A stretch of 55,909 bases of DNA, from the NCBI GenBank assembly GCA_044222475.1, contig JBGANF010000044.1:1-55909 (forward strand). Reading direction: 5' to 3'. Shown one piece after another: positions 18,404 through 28,242 of this stretch. A program made the translations under genes and the position numbers. The notes below the pieces were generated by a model. The model did no database searches. It saw nothing but the letters and a program-made list of their open reading frames with translations, and was not told where the DNA came from. The DNA comes from Polyangiaceae bacterium. GTDB taxonomy: Bacteria > Myxococcota_A > Polyangia > Polyangiales > Polyangiaceae. How positions within the stretch are numbered: the first letter of the stretch is position 1; every line of letters starts with the position of its first letter.

Positions 18404-19846
18404 GTGGGGCGCACCTTCATGTCATCGTTCGCGTCGGCCGCGTTGGCGCTCGCATGCGCGTGCGGCCCGGCGACGACCGACGTGCCGATCCAGATCGTGC
18501 CCGCCCTGCCGACCGCACCGCCACCCGTGACCTCGAGTGCGCCGCCGCCGCGAACCGACGCGGATCGCGAGAACGACTTCGCCCGCGCGTGGGCATCGTG
18601 GGCGGCTGGCGATCGAGACGGGGCGACGGCGGCCTTCCGCAAGCTCGTGCGCGAGCTCGTGGACTTGCCGACGAAATCCAAGTCCGCCGATCGGGAGCCA
18701 GGGGTACCCGGATCGCCGCTTGCGACCAGCGGCGACGGCGACCGTACGATCGCGCTAGTGGGAGACGGCGCGTACTACTTCGACGCTTCGGGCGTACCAC
18801 TTCGGTACGACGTCGCCGAGGCCTCGTCGGTCGCGTTCCTGCCGCGCTCGAACGTGGCGGTGCTGAGCGGAAGCAACCTCGCCGTCGTCGACGCGAGCAC
18901 GCTCACCCGCTTGCTGCGGGCGGCCGACGTCACTGGGTACGGGACGAGCACCGGCGGGAAGAGCATCGTCTATCAGTCGACCGGATCGGGGGACGCGAAG
19001 CGCGTTCACGTGTGGGACACCACCACTCGAACCGAGCGGCGCGCGATCGCGCTCGGCGCAAGCGAATCCATCGATGCGAGCTCGTGCCGCTTCTCCCCCG
19101 ACGACAAGGAGCTGAGCTGCCGGGTCTTGTCCGACGACCCCATCCTCAAGCTCGTGATCTTCGACGAGAACGGTGCGCGGCTCGATCTGCCGGCGGCGTA
19201 CGACGCCGCGCCGCCGTCGTACTCCGCCGACGGAAAGTACTTCGCGTACGCGTACCCGGTGGTCGCGGACAAGGGCTACGCCGGCAAGACGCTCCTCTAC
19301 GATCGCGCGACCCGCAAGGTCGTCGCCTCGACCGGCGCGTCGAAGTACCCGACGGCGACGTGCTTCTCCAAGAACGGCAAGATGCTCGTCGTCGGTGACC
19401 TCCGCCGGCTCTCCGTCATGGAGGTCCCATCGCTTCGCGTCCTCGGGACGACGCCGTTCCTCCGCGAGCACGGCAGCATCGACGACGACCTTCAGAACGT
19501 CGACGAGATCGAGATCCTCGGAGCCGACCTGGGCTTCTGGGCGGCGACGGCCGACGGAACGAACGGGGTATTCCGACTCCCTGCGGGCAGCCTCGTGTGG
19601 AAGGGGCGCGGTTCGCGCTCGGTCGACGCCAACGGAGCTCAGCGCTTCAACGACCGAGGCGAGACCAACGGGCTCGTCACGATCGACGCCAAGCTCGGAG
19701 TCACGCGGCGGGCGCTCACGCAGGCGGAGATCGACGCGCCCTACCCGACGCTCGACGACCCCGCGACGGAGAAGATGCGCATCCAGCTCGAGAAGACCGT
19801 GTGCACCGTGCGCGAGCGACTCTTTCCGATCGACGCCTGCAAGTAG
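18404..19846 (+). CDS. WD40/PD40-like beta-propeller lipoprotein
   Basis: Signal with CAC; repeated FSPDDK, YSADGK, FSKNGK blade motifs; VWD. Confidence 0.7.
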   Translation: MGRTFMSSFASAALALACACGPATTDVPIQIVPALPTAPPPVTSSAPPPRTDADRENDFARAWASWAAGDRDGATAAFRKLVRELVDLPTKSKSADREPGVPGSPLATSGDGDRTIALVGDGAYYFDASGVPLRYDVAEASSVAFLPRSNVAVLSGSNLAVVDASTLTRLLRAADVTGYGTSTGGKSIVYQSTGSGDAKRVHVWDTTTRTERRAIALGASESIDASSCRFSPDDKELSCRVLSDDPILKLVIFDENGARLDLPAAYDAAPPSYSADGKYFAYAYPVVADKGYAGKTLLYDRATRKVVASTGASKYPTATCFSKNGKMLVVGDLRRLSVMEVPSLRVLGTTPFLREHGSIDDDLQNVDEIEILGADLGFWAATADGTNGVFRLPAGSLVWKGRGSRSVDANGAQRFNDRGETNGLVTIDAKLGVTRRALTQAEIDAPYPTLDDPATEKMRIQLEKTVCTVRERLFPIDACK

Positions 19847-19897
19847 CGTCAGCCCGAGCACGGCACCGCCGTCCTTCACCCCATGAAGGAGGGCGCC

Positions 19898-20065
19898 ATG
19901 GAAAACGTTCTGGTCATCTCACGTCCCAAGCGGCGCTCGCGTCTCGTTCGCGTGCTCCGCGTCATCTACCTCCGCGCCCTCGGCGAGAAGAGCCCGGTCA
20001 TCGATCGGCTCGTTCCGCAGGACCGCGTCGGCTACGCATCGCTGGTGATGCGACACTGGATTTGA
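19898..20065 (+). CDS. Small basic hypothetical protein (55 aa)
   Basis: Strong AAGGAGG RBS before ATG at 19898; fills the intergenic gap; GC3-biased codons. Confidence 0.55.
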   Translation: MENVLVISRPKRRSRLVRVLRVIYLRALGEKSPVIDRLVPQDRVGYASLVMRHWI

Positions 20066-20097
20066 CCTGGGCGGGCCGGTAGCGCCATGCTTCCTCG

Positions 20098-22812
20098 GTG
20101 CGGCGCGCCGGCCTCCTCAGCTCGATCCTCGTCGCGCTCGCGTGCGGGCGCGACACCGAGGTCATCCTCCCGGATCCGCCGTACGAGCCGCCGCCCGAGT
20201 CGTGCGTCCAGAACGACCTCGACAAGCCGGAGCTGTTTCTCCCGTGCTCGACCGGCAGCGGTATCTTCGGCCGGTGGATCGTCGACGCCGACGGCCTCCC
20301 TGCGTACGAGTACGGGCTCGACGAAAACGCCGACGAGCGGGCGCGCTGGTACAACACCGAGAAGCTCGACCGGCGCGATCACCTCTCCTCGTTCGGCAAC
20401 GGCCGCGTCACCGCGCTCGCCACGAACGACGGCTACACCGAGGTCACCGATCAAGACCGCGGGCTCGAGTACCTGAACAAGTACGACGAGTCGCTCGGCC
20501 ATTTCGCCGGCGGCTTCAGCTGGATCGACGACGGAGCCGTCTGGTCGACGGCGTACAAGTGGCGACCGTTGGGGTCGAAGGTCACCCGCTCCTTCGGCGT
20601 CGGCTACGTCCGCACGAAGATGCAGCACCACGGGCTCGCGATCACGCGCACCCAGTTCGCGCCGGCAGGCGAGCTCGCCATCGTGGCGGACGAAGTTCTC
20701 ATCGAGAACGAGTCCGCCGAGAAGAAGAAGTTCTCTCACTACGAGTACTGGGACGTCGCTCGCCGCCCGATCGAGACCAACTGGATCGTGAGCGGCGAAC
20801 CGCTCAGCGCCGTCCCTCAAGGCGCACGCGACAAGCGAGACGCTCGCAACGCGATGTTCCAAGAGGCACCGAGCTGGGACGGTGCGACCTTCTTCCTCGG
20901 GCTTCGCCGGTCGTACGTCGGCACGGACCCCGCCCCGCCCATCGAGGCGCCGAGCGCCGTCGACTACTACCCGAGCGACCCGTTCCTCGCCGTCCTCATC
21001 GGCTCACCCGACGACGTGTTCACCGACCGAGCGAAGTTCTTCGGGAGCGGCGGAGTCAAGGCACCCGACGGGATCACGAAGCACCTCACCGGCGACTTCG
21101 CGAAGCGGGGACCGCTCAGCGGCGCCGGTCAGGACAACGTCTTCGTGGTTCGTACCGATTTGGTACTTCCGCCGAAGTCGCAGCAGCTCTTGCGCTTCGG
21201 GTTCGGCTACGCGCCGCATGGTCAAGAGTTCAAGGTCGAGGCCGAGTGGCACGACCCCAAGTGCGACATGCGCAAAGAGGCGCGCGAGAAACGGCTGCCG
21301 CACCTCGCCTACTTCGTCAACGACCGCACCCCCTGGCTCCAGCGCGAGATGGCGTGGCACACGGCGCGCCTCGAAGACTCGGCGGTGCACCGCGACTACT
21401 GGGGGACGACGGTCGTCCCGCAGGGGTCCGCGTACCTCTACCTCCACGGCGCCGACGGCGCGCTCCGAGACCTCGGGCTCTTCGCCGTTCCTCTCGTCTA
21501 CACCCACCGTGCGTACGCCCAGTTCGAGCTCGACGCGATGATGGGGATGCAGCGCGCGAGCGACCACGCGTTCTCGTATGCGTTCCAAGGTCACGGCATG
21601 CTCGATGACGCGCTCGGCATCCACGCGAAGCCGTCCGACCAAGACCTCTTCTTCCTGCTCGCGCTCGTCGAGTACGTCGGCGCGACGGGCGACACCGCCT
21701 ACCTCGACAATTTCGAACCGTACTACCCGAAGGAAGCTCGGCCCAACGCGACGACGCTCGATCACGTGAAGGACTCGATCCGTCATTTCTTCGATGACGT
21801 CGGGATCGGACCGCACGGCCTCGTTCGCGTGGGCGACGGCGACTGGAGCGACGGGATCGTCTTCGAAGCGAAGGACCGTCAGCTCGCCATCGAGCAAGGC
21901 GAGAGCGTACCCAACACCCAGATGGCGGTCGCCGTGCTGCCTCGGGTCGCCGATCTGCTCGAACCGCTCGACCCGTCGCTCGCGCAGGAGATCCGCGCCA
22001 AGGTCTCGTTGTTTCGCGCGGCGCTCGCCACCGCATGGACCGGCAGCTTCTACGGCCGCGCCTACTTCGGCGACGGAGCGCTCACCTACGCCGACAAGAT
22101 CAACCTCGAGTCCCAGATCTGGGCGCTCGTCGGCGACACGTTCGACGCGCCGGAGCAGCGAAAGACGCTGGTGGCTGCGATCGCGTCTCAGCTCGACGAT
22201 CCCTCTCCAATCGGCGCGACTTTGGTTCCCGGCGGGCAAGTGTGGCCCGCGATCAGCGGCATCCTCTCGTGGGGCTACGCGCTCGGCGATCCCGACCGCG
22301 CGTGGTCGCACCTCGTTCGCAACACGATGACGGCCCACGCGCTCACGTGGCCTTCGCTCTGGTACGGCATCTGGAGCGGTCCCGACGGGCTCAACTCCAC
22401 GGCGCCGCGCCCCGGCGAGACCTGGTTCAGCCCCGTCACGCCGATGGTCGATTTCCCGGTGCTCAACAACAACGCGCACGCGATGCCGCTCTTCGCCCTG
22501 CTCCGCGTCGTCGGCGTCAACGCGACGGCGAAGGGCCTCGTCGTCGAGCCACACCTGCTCGGGCACGATCTCGGTCTCCGAACCGAGCTCTTCGACTGGA
22601 AGCAGCGCGGCAACGAGCTCCGCTTCGAGTATCGGATCCCGTTCAACGTCGAGCGCGAGGTCGAGCTGCGCGCTCCGGGGACCAAGCACATCGACTCCAT
22701 CAGCCTCGACGGCGCGCCGCTGTCGATTGGCCCGGGGCTCACCCGCTCGGCCGTGACCATCCCTCCGCACAACGGTCAGCCTGCCGTCATCGTGGCCGTC
22801 TTCAAAGAATGA
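20098..22812 (+). CDS. GH94-like glycoside phosphorylase/hydrolase with a lipoprotein signal
   Basis: GNG...ATNDGY N-terminus, LRD, YV.ATGD..YLD, GPHGL...GDWSDG, GES, YGRAY, ESQ.WA; lipobox ALAC. Confidence 0.75.
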   Translation: MRRAGLLSSILVALACGRDTEVILPDPPYEPPPESCVQNDLDKPELFLPCSTGSGIFGRWIVDADGLPAYEYGLDENADERARWYNTEKLDRRDHLSSFGNGRVTALATNDGYTEVTDQDRGLEYLNKYDESLGHFAGGFSWIDDGAVWSTAYKWRPLGSKVTRSFGVGYVRTKMQHHGLAITRTQFAPAGELAIVADEVLIENESAEKKKFSHYEYWDVARRPIETNWIVSGEPLSAVPQGARDKRDARNAMFQEAPSWDGATFFLGLRRSYVGTDPAPPIEAPSAVDYYPSDPFLAVLIGSPDDVFTDRAKFFGSGGVKAPDGITKHLTGDFAKRGPLSGAGQDNVFVVRTDLVLPPKSQQLLRFGFGYAPHGQEFKVEAEWHDPKCDMRKEAREKRLPHLAYFVNDRTPWLQREMAWHTARLEDSAVHRDYWGTTVVPQGSAYLYLHGADGALRDLGLFAVPLVYTHRAYAQFELDAMMGMQRASDHAFSYAFQGHGMLDDALGIHAKPSDQDLFFLLALVEYVGATGDTAYLDNFEPYYPKEARPNATTLDHVKDSIRHFFDDVGIGPHGLVRVGDGDWSDGIVFEAKDRQLAIEQGESVPNTQMAVAVLPRVADLLEPLDPSLAQEIRAKVSLFRAALATAWTGSFYGRAYFGDGALTYADKINLESQIWALVGDTFDAPEQRKTLVAAIASQLDDPSPIGATLVPGGQVWPAISGILSWGYALGDPDRAWSHLVRNTMTAHALTWPSLWYGIWSGPDGLNSTAPRPGETWFSPVTPMVDFPVLNNNAHAMPLFALLRVVGVNATAKGLVVEPHLLGHDLGLRTELFDWKQRGNELRFEYRIPFNVEREVELRAPGTKHIDSISLDGAPLSIGPGLTRSAVTIPPHNGQPAVIVAVFKE

Positions 22813-23426
22813 CCGCCGCCTATCGGATCGTGACGAACCGCCTCGTCATCCGCTGTTGGTCTCCGACCGACGCCCCGCTCCTGTCGCTGGCGATCGAAGC
22901 GAGCATGGAGCATCTCCGGCCGTGGATGCCGTGGATCGCCGGCGAGCCGAAGACGATCGACGCCCGCATGGCCTTCATGCGCTCGATGCGCGCCCAGTTC
23001 GACACCGACGAGGAGTACGTCTACGGCATCTTCGACGCCGAGGAGAAGAACGTGCTCGGTGGCACGGGGCTCCACCGGCGAGTGGGCCCTCGCGCGTTCG
23101 AGATCGGCTACTGGGTGCATGCTGCACACATCAACCGAGGCATCGCGACCGAGGTCTCCGGCGCGCTGACGCGCGTCGGCTTCGCGATCCACGACGCTCT
23201 TCGGATGGAGATTCACTGCGATCCGAAGAACGAGCGCAGCGCCGCGGTCCCGCGGAAGCTCGGGTATCGCTACGACGGCACGCTCCGCGGTCGTCTCGTG
23301 CAGAACGACGAGACCCTGCGCGACACGATGGTGTGGACGCTTCAACGTGCGGAGCTCCCGGGAGCGGCGGCGGCGAGCGTGTCGACGCGCGCGTACGACG
23401 CGCTCGGTCGAGAGCTCCTCCTCTGA
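22809..23426 (+). CDS. RimJ/RimL-type GNAT N-acetyltransferase
   Basis: TNRLVIR, HLRPWMPW, EIGYW...RGIATE, NERSAAVPRKLGY; ATGA overlap. Confidence 0.9.
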   Translation: MTAAYRIVTNRLVIRCWSPTDAPLLSLAIEASMEHLRPWMPWIAGEPKTIDARMAFMRSMRAQFDTDEEYVYGIFDAEEKNVLGGTGLHRRVGPRAFEIGYWVHAAHINRGIATEVSGALTRVGFAIHDALRMEIHCDPKNERSAAVPRKLGYRYDGTLRGRLVQNDETLRDTMVWTLQRAELPGAAAASVSTRAYDALGRELLL

Positions 23427-23430
23427 CGAG

Positions 23431-24504
23431 TCACGCGGCGAGACCGATCGCCTTCGGGGTGTAATCCGGGAACACCGAAGGCACCACCGCGCCGTGCTTC
23501 GCCCCGGCGATCACCTCGGCGAGCACGTCGCGGTAGTCGCACGTGATCTGGAGGCCGCCGGGGCCGGGCCCGGCCGGCTCTTCGAGCCCCGGGTAGGTCC
23601 CGTGCACCTTGCCGCCGCGGATGCCGGAGCCGAGGATCATCATCGCGCACCCGCGGCCGTGATCGGTGCCGGCCGATCCGTTCTCGTACGTGCGCCGGCC
23701 GAACTCGGTGAGCACGACGACGCGCACGTCGTCGCGCGCGTCGCCGAGATCCTCGTCGAACACGGCGAGCCCCTTCGCGAGCGTCTCCGCGTTCGATGCG
23801 AGCAGAGGCCGCTGCACGAAGTGCGTGTCCCACCCGTCCAAGTCGATGCACGCCACCTCGAGCCCCACGCGCGCGCGCACGAGGCGGGCCGTGTCACGCA
23901 GCGCGGCGCCGAACGCGCCGTCGGGATACGGCGCGCTCGACCGTTCGCCGCGGATGCCGTCGACGCGAGCGAGCAGATCGAACGTCGCCTTCGCTGGCGC
24001 GGCGAGGAGCGGATCGTCGGCGTACAGCGCCGCGAGCGCGCGGTGGTTGGCCGACGGATCGAGGCGGAGATCGTCGAGCTTGCGCATCGCCGCCACCGCC
24101 GGCGCCCCGCGCAGCGCGTCGGGGATGCGCTCGCCGATCGCGATCGCCGACAGCGGACCGGGCGCGCCGATCGCGCGCAAGTACCGAGCGAGCCAACCGC
24201 CGGAGAGCTTCTTCTCGCGCTCCTCGCCGCGCTCGACCTGCTCTTGCGCGACGAAATGCGAGCCCGACGTGTCGTCGTTTCCGACCGCTTGCACGAACGC
24301 CAGCCGGCCGCTCTGCCACGCGCGATGAAGCGGCGCGAGCTTGGGGTGGAGCCCGTGGAACCCGTCCAGATCGAGCACGCCTTCGGGAGAGCCGGGTCGA
24401 GGCACCGCGAGCGATGGACGCGCGCGGTAGTACGCGTCGTCCCCATGTGGGACGAGCAGGCTCAACGTGTCGGCGCCACCGCGCAGGAAGATGCTCACGA
24501 TCAT
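23431..24504 (-). CDS. DUF1501 family protein (no signal peptide)
   Basis: FLRGGAD, Y.RARP, GLHP.L, SHF, GWDTH, TEFGR..ENG..GTDHG, DYRDV. Confidence 0.9.
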   Translation of the reverse strand: MIVSIFLRGGADTLSLLVPHGDDAYYRARPSLAVPRPGSPEGVLDLDGFHGLHPKLAPLHRAWQSGRLAFVQAVGNDDTSGSHFVAQEQVERGEEREKKLSGGWLARYLRAIGAPGPLSAIAIGERIPDALRGAPAVAAMRKLDDLRLDPSANHRALAALYADDPLLAAPAKATFDLLARVDGIRGERSSAPYPDGAFGAALRDTARLVRARVGLEVACIDLDGWDTHFVQRPLLASNAETLAKGLAVFDEDLGDARDDVRVVVLTEFGRRTYENGSAGTDHGRGCAMMILGSGIRGGKVHGTYPGLEEPAGPGPGGLQITCDYRDVLAEVIAGAKHGAVVPSVFPDYTPKAIGLAA

Positions 24505-24506
24505 GA

Positions 24507-25964
24507 TCAACACCTCTGGAACGCAGGGGAAGCGAGCAGGACGCCGGGAAGCTCGGCGTCCGGCACCGCGGCGAGCGCCGACCTCTCGGCCGGGGTCGCG
24601 ACGCGGCCGACGACGTGAGCGAAGAGCGCGCCGAAGGAGTCTCGGTCGCCGAGCGCGCGGCGGAGCGCCGGCAGATCGGTCTTCACCGACTCGATCTCGC
24701 CGGCGGCGACGGCAGCACCGAAGTTCATGCGCCATAGGAGCGCGCCGGTCCACGACGGAGCGCGATCGGGATATCCGTCGGGCGTCGGGTGACCGAACGG
24801 CGCCTGCCCCATGCGGCCCAGGTGCTCGATCAGATCGTCCCCGCAGGTCGTGTCGGCGCCGAGGGCTCGCAGCGAGCTCACGACGAGCTGGAACGGTCGC
24901 TTGAGCTTCGGCGACCGCGACTCGGCGAACGCGGGCGACAGGAGGAGCGCGCGCAGCGTCCGGGCGACGTCGCCACCGCTCGCGGTGAACGCGCGCGCGA
25001 CGAAGTCGACGACCCGCTCGTCGGGATCGTCGGCGACGAAGCGACGCACGAGCTTCGTCGCGAGGTTCTTCGCGGTCGACGGGTGCGCGCAGACGATGTC
25101 GACGACGCGATCGACGTCGCCCGCCCCGAGCCCGGCCGGGATGCGCACCCCGAGAACGGTCTTCGCGCCGTCGTCGTGGAGGTCGGGATCGAAGGCGACC
25201 TTGCCTCGGCCGAAGCCCTTCGTCTTCACCGTCCAGCCGGTGAGGCACCGCGCGACCTCGCGGACGTCGGTCTGGGTGTAGCCGCCGTGCACGCCGAGCG
25301 TGTGGAGCTCGAGCAGCTCGCGCGCGTAGTTCTCGTTCGGTACCCCGCGCGAGTTGCCGGTACCATCGAGGTACACGAGCATGGCGCCGGACGTCGCCGA
25401 GGCGCGCACGAGATCGCGGAAGTGCCCGAGGGCGTGCGCGCGCACGACGGTGCGGTCGTCGGTCGGCTTCAGGTAGATGCAGTCGCTCTTGGCGAGGTCG
25501 ATGTTGAAGTGGTCGGTCCAGAAGTGGACCATCACCTCGTAGAGCTGGCGGCGACTGTAGATCGCGCGAAGGAGCGTGTACTGGGTGAGCTCCCGGCGCA
25601 GTACGGCCTTCTCGAACTCCCACGCGGTGCCTGCCTCGCAGAAGACGCTCTCGAAGCGCCGCGCGCGAAGGTCGCACGCGCGGTCGTCGATGCCGTCGGG
25701 GGCGAGCTGCTCGTCCACCCACGCGACGTGTCCCTGGGTTCGGACGCGATCGAGATCGCCAGGCCACGGACCGAACGAAGCTCGCGAGAGGAGAGCGAAC
25801 GTCGAGTTTATCGACGCTCCGGAGGCGACCCCGACGTGCTCCGGGATGCGCTCGCCGAGGTCGTTGGCGAGCCCAGAGTAGACGCGGTCGCACGCGGCGA
25901 GGCTCGGGGCGACGCCAATCACCGCGGCGTACCGAAGGACGTCGCGACGCGAGATCAGCGCCAC
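24507..25964 (-). CDS. DUF1800 family protein with a Tat lipoprotein signal
   Basis: SRRDVL..LAAC; QLYEVMVHFWTDHF, YLD, PNENYARELLELHTLG, YTQTDV, PDGYP; C-terminal SPAFQ. Confidence 0.92.
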   Translation of the reverse strand: MALISRRDVLRYAAVIGVAPSLAACDRVYSGLANDLGERIPEHVGVASGASINSTFALLSRASFGPWPGDLDRVRTQGHVAWVDEQLAPDGIDDRACDLRARRFESVFCEAGTAWEFEKAVLRRELTQYTLLRAIYSRRQLYEVMVHFWTDHFNIDLAKSDCIYLKPTDDRTVVRAHALGHFRDLVRASATSGAMLVYLDGTGNSRGVPNENYARELLELHTLGVHGGYTQTDVREVARCLTGWTVKTKGFGRGKVAFDPDLHDDGAKTVLGVRIPAGLGAGDVDRVVDIVCAHPSTAKNLATKLVRRFVADDPDERVVDFVARAFTASGGDVARTLRALLLSPAFAESRSPKLKRPFQLVVSSLRALGADTTCGDDLIEHLGRMGQAPFGHPTPDGYPDRAPSWTGALLWRMNFGAAVAAGEIESVKTDLPALRRALGDRDSFGALFAHVVGRVATPAERSALAAVPDAELPGVLLASPAFQRC

Positions 25965-26524
25965 GGCGACACCGGCGCGAGCGACGCGGCCGATGGGAGA
26001 GTCTGCGATGGCGGGGCCGCGGGAGCGACCTTGCGCTCGTGCGCGGCGAGCCGGTTGAAGATCCCGATCGTCGTCGCTCCGGCGCCGATCACGATCGAGA
26101 GCGGGAGGAGGCCGAACCACCCGAGGAACGGGAGGACCCACGCCATCGCGAGGGCGGTGCCACCCTTGATCGTCGCCGCGTACGGAGACGCGGGCTGGTC
26201 CGCGGAGCCGAGGCGCGCCCCGACCGTGCCCACCAGCCCCGAGAGCCCGATGTGGGCATAAAAGAGGAAGAGGCAGGTGGCGACGACCGCGAGGGCGTGA
26301 CCGACACCGCCGAGAATGGACGACACGATCACGATGGCGACCACCGCGACCACGCTCATCGGGACGCCGACCAAGAGCGGGAAGACGATGCTCCGGTCGG
26401 CGGATTCGCCTGCCATCTTCGAAGCTTTGGGGAACAGCCCCCGGCAGACGAGCCACAGGGCGACGTGGCCCAGGACACCGCCGAGGATGGAGAAGAAGAT
26501 CGCGAACGTATCCGCCATGAGCAT
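25955..26524 (-). CDS. Integral membrane protein (4-5 TM), first gene of the DUF1800/DUF1501 operon
   Basis: GGAAGGAGG RBS; hydrophobic helices; LPFLGW motif; overlaps the DUF1800 start. Confidence 0.7.
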   Translation of the reverse strand: MLMADTFAIFFSILGGVLGHVALWLVCRGLFPKASKMAGESADRSIVFPLLVGVPMSVVAVVAIVIVSSILGGVGHALAVVATCLFLFYAHIGLSGLVGTVGARLGSADQPASPYAATIKGGTALAMAWVLPFLGWFGLLPLSIVIGAGATTIGIFNRLAAHERKVAPAAPPSQTLPSAASLAPVSPWR

Positions 26525-26589
26525 GGTGCGCCCTCCTTCCATCCGTTCGCGGAAGGCGCGCCGAAATTTCGTCGCGACGTACGATTTCT

Positions 26590-27381
26590 TCAGCGCCCGA
26601 GCACGGCGTCGACGATGCGGCCCGCTGCCACCTTGGTGACTCGTCGGATCCCCCCGGGGAATCTCCGCGTGAGCCACGCTGCGGCCTGGCCCACCCGAGT
26701 CAGGACGACCTCCGGCTCGCGCGACTCGATCGCATCCGCGATCTCGCGAGCGGCGTCCGCGCCTTTCATCACGAGGAACGACGGGATCGGGTCTCGTTTA
26801 CCTTTTTGGTACATACCGGCGTTGTCGACCATGCGAATCTCGCTCTCGACGAAGCCGGGCGCGACGTGGGTGACCGAGATGCCGTCGCTCGCGAGCTCGC
26901 CCGCGAGCGCCTCGGCGAGGGCGCGCACCGCGAACTTGCTCATCGCGTACGGTGCCGTACCGGGCAGCGAGAGGTAGCCCGACACGCTCCCTACGAGGGC
27001 GAGCCGACCCTTCGTCTCGCGGAGCGGTTCGATCGCGCACTTCACCGTGCGCAGCACGCCGAAGACGTTCGTCTCCATTTGCCGCCGAAAATCGTCGATC
27101 GACAGGTTCGCGACGGCCCCGTTGATCCCGACGCCGGCGTTGGCGACGACGACGTCGATCCGTCCGAACGCGTCCTCGACCTCGTCGAACGCACGCTCCA
27201 CCGAGGCGTCGTCGCAGACGTCGCAGGCGATCCCACGGGCGTCGCGGAGCTCGTGCGCGAGCGACTGAATGCGATCCACGCGCCGCGCGAGCAGCGCCAC
27301 CCGGTGGCCGCGCCGATCGTATTCCCGCGCCAGGGCGGCCCCGATGCCGGACGATGCTCCCGTGATGAGGATGACTGCCAT
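26590..27381 (-). CDS. Short-chain dehydrogenase/reductase
   Basis: TGASSGIG, NAG, catalytic S and YAMSK, PGFVES. Confidence 0.93.
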   Translation of the reverse strand: MAVILITGASSGIGAALAREYDRRGHRVALLARRVDRIQSLAHELRDARGIACDVCDDASVERAFDEVEDAFGRIDVVVANAGVGINGAVANLSIDDFRRQMETNVFGVLRTVKCAIEPLRETKGRLALVGSVSGYLSLPGTAPYAMSKFAVRALAEALAGELASDGISVTHVAPGFVESEIRMVDNAGMYQKGKRDPIPSFLVMKGADAAREIADAIESREPEVVLTRVGQAAAWLTRRFPGGIRRVTKVAAGRIVDAVLGR

Positions 27382-27462
27382 GCGATTGCAGCCTGTAATA
27401 CCTGCATTTGCTGGGCTCCGGTTGACAGTGTGAAGCTTGGCCTGATACCCAAACGAAGACTC

Positions 27463-28149
27463 ATGCGCGCTGGTTGGCGAAGGTCGTTCGTTGCGTCGTG
27501 CGTGCTCGGTGGCGCAGCGCTCGCGGCGTGGCCGAGCACGGCGCATGCGCAGTGCGTCGACGAGGAGCTCAAGCAAGAGCTCGTCGGCGGTCGGCACTAC
27601 CGCGGCGTGCAAGAGCGCCTCTTCACCAAGGCGTTCCGCCACGAGATTTCGGCGGTGGGCGGCTACTACGCGGCCGACCTGTACTCGTCGAACTGGGTCG
27701 TCGGCGGCATGTACACGTTCCACTTCTCGGAGGACCTCGCTCTCGAGGCGAGCTTCCAGTACACGCGCTTCCGCAGCGCCGTGACCGACAGCTACGAGCG
27801 CCGCTACCCGCAGATTCAGCTGGAAGAGGCCACCAATCGCCCCGGGCTCCTGTACTTCGGGCACCTCGTCTGGTCGTTCGCCTACGGCAAGCTGCGGTGG
27901 CTCGGCTCCGGCATCAGCCGCTTCGACTTCAACATCGCGATCGGCGCCGGCGTCACCGACGACTCGACGTCGCTCGGCATCACGGGAAGCGCCGGCCTCG
28001 GAACCAAGTGGTATTTCGGCAAGTGGTTCGCGATCCGCATGGACATCCGCGACCACATTCTGTCGCAGCAGCTCGTCGGCGAGCAGCACCTCGTGAACGA
28101 CATCGTCGTGACCGCGGGGTTCAGCGTGTTCATCCCGTTCGGCGGCTGA
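27463..28149 (+). CDS. Outer-membrane beta-barrel protein, GltA/GltB/NfsA-like
   Basis: Signal AHA-Q; VQERLFTKAFRHE; YGKL; RMDIRD; C-terminal GFSVFIP; heads a TPR cluster. Confidence 0.75.
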   Translation: MRAGWRRSFVASCVLGGAALAAWPSTAHAQCVDEELKQELVGGRHYRGVQERLFTKAFRHEISAVGGYYAADLYSSNWVVGGMYTFHFSEDLALEASFQYTRFRSAVTDSYERRYPQIQLEEATNRPGLLYFGHLVWSFAYGKLRWLGSGISRFDFNIAIGAGVTDDSTSLGITGSAGLGTKWYFGKWFAIRMDIRDHILSQQLVGEQHLVNDIVVTAGFSVFIPFGG

Positions 28150-28242
28150 TTTCCGCGCCGCCTACCTCGTCGTACCCCGCATCATCGGGGCGGGCGCTTC
28201 CCCTTGGCTCCCGCACACTTGTCGGGCACCATGGCGGGCGGC

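Noticed and set aside
27422..27450. Perfect TTGACA upstream of the Glt-like barrel gene
   Set aside because: No convincing -10 hexamer at 16-18 bp, so not reported as a promoter feature.
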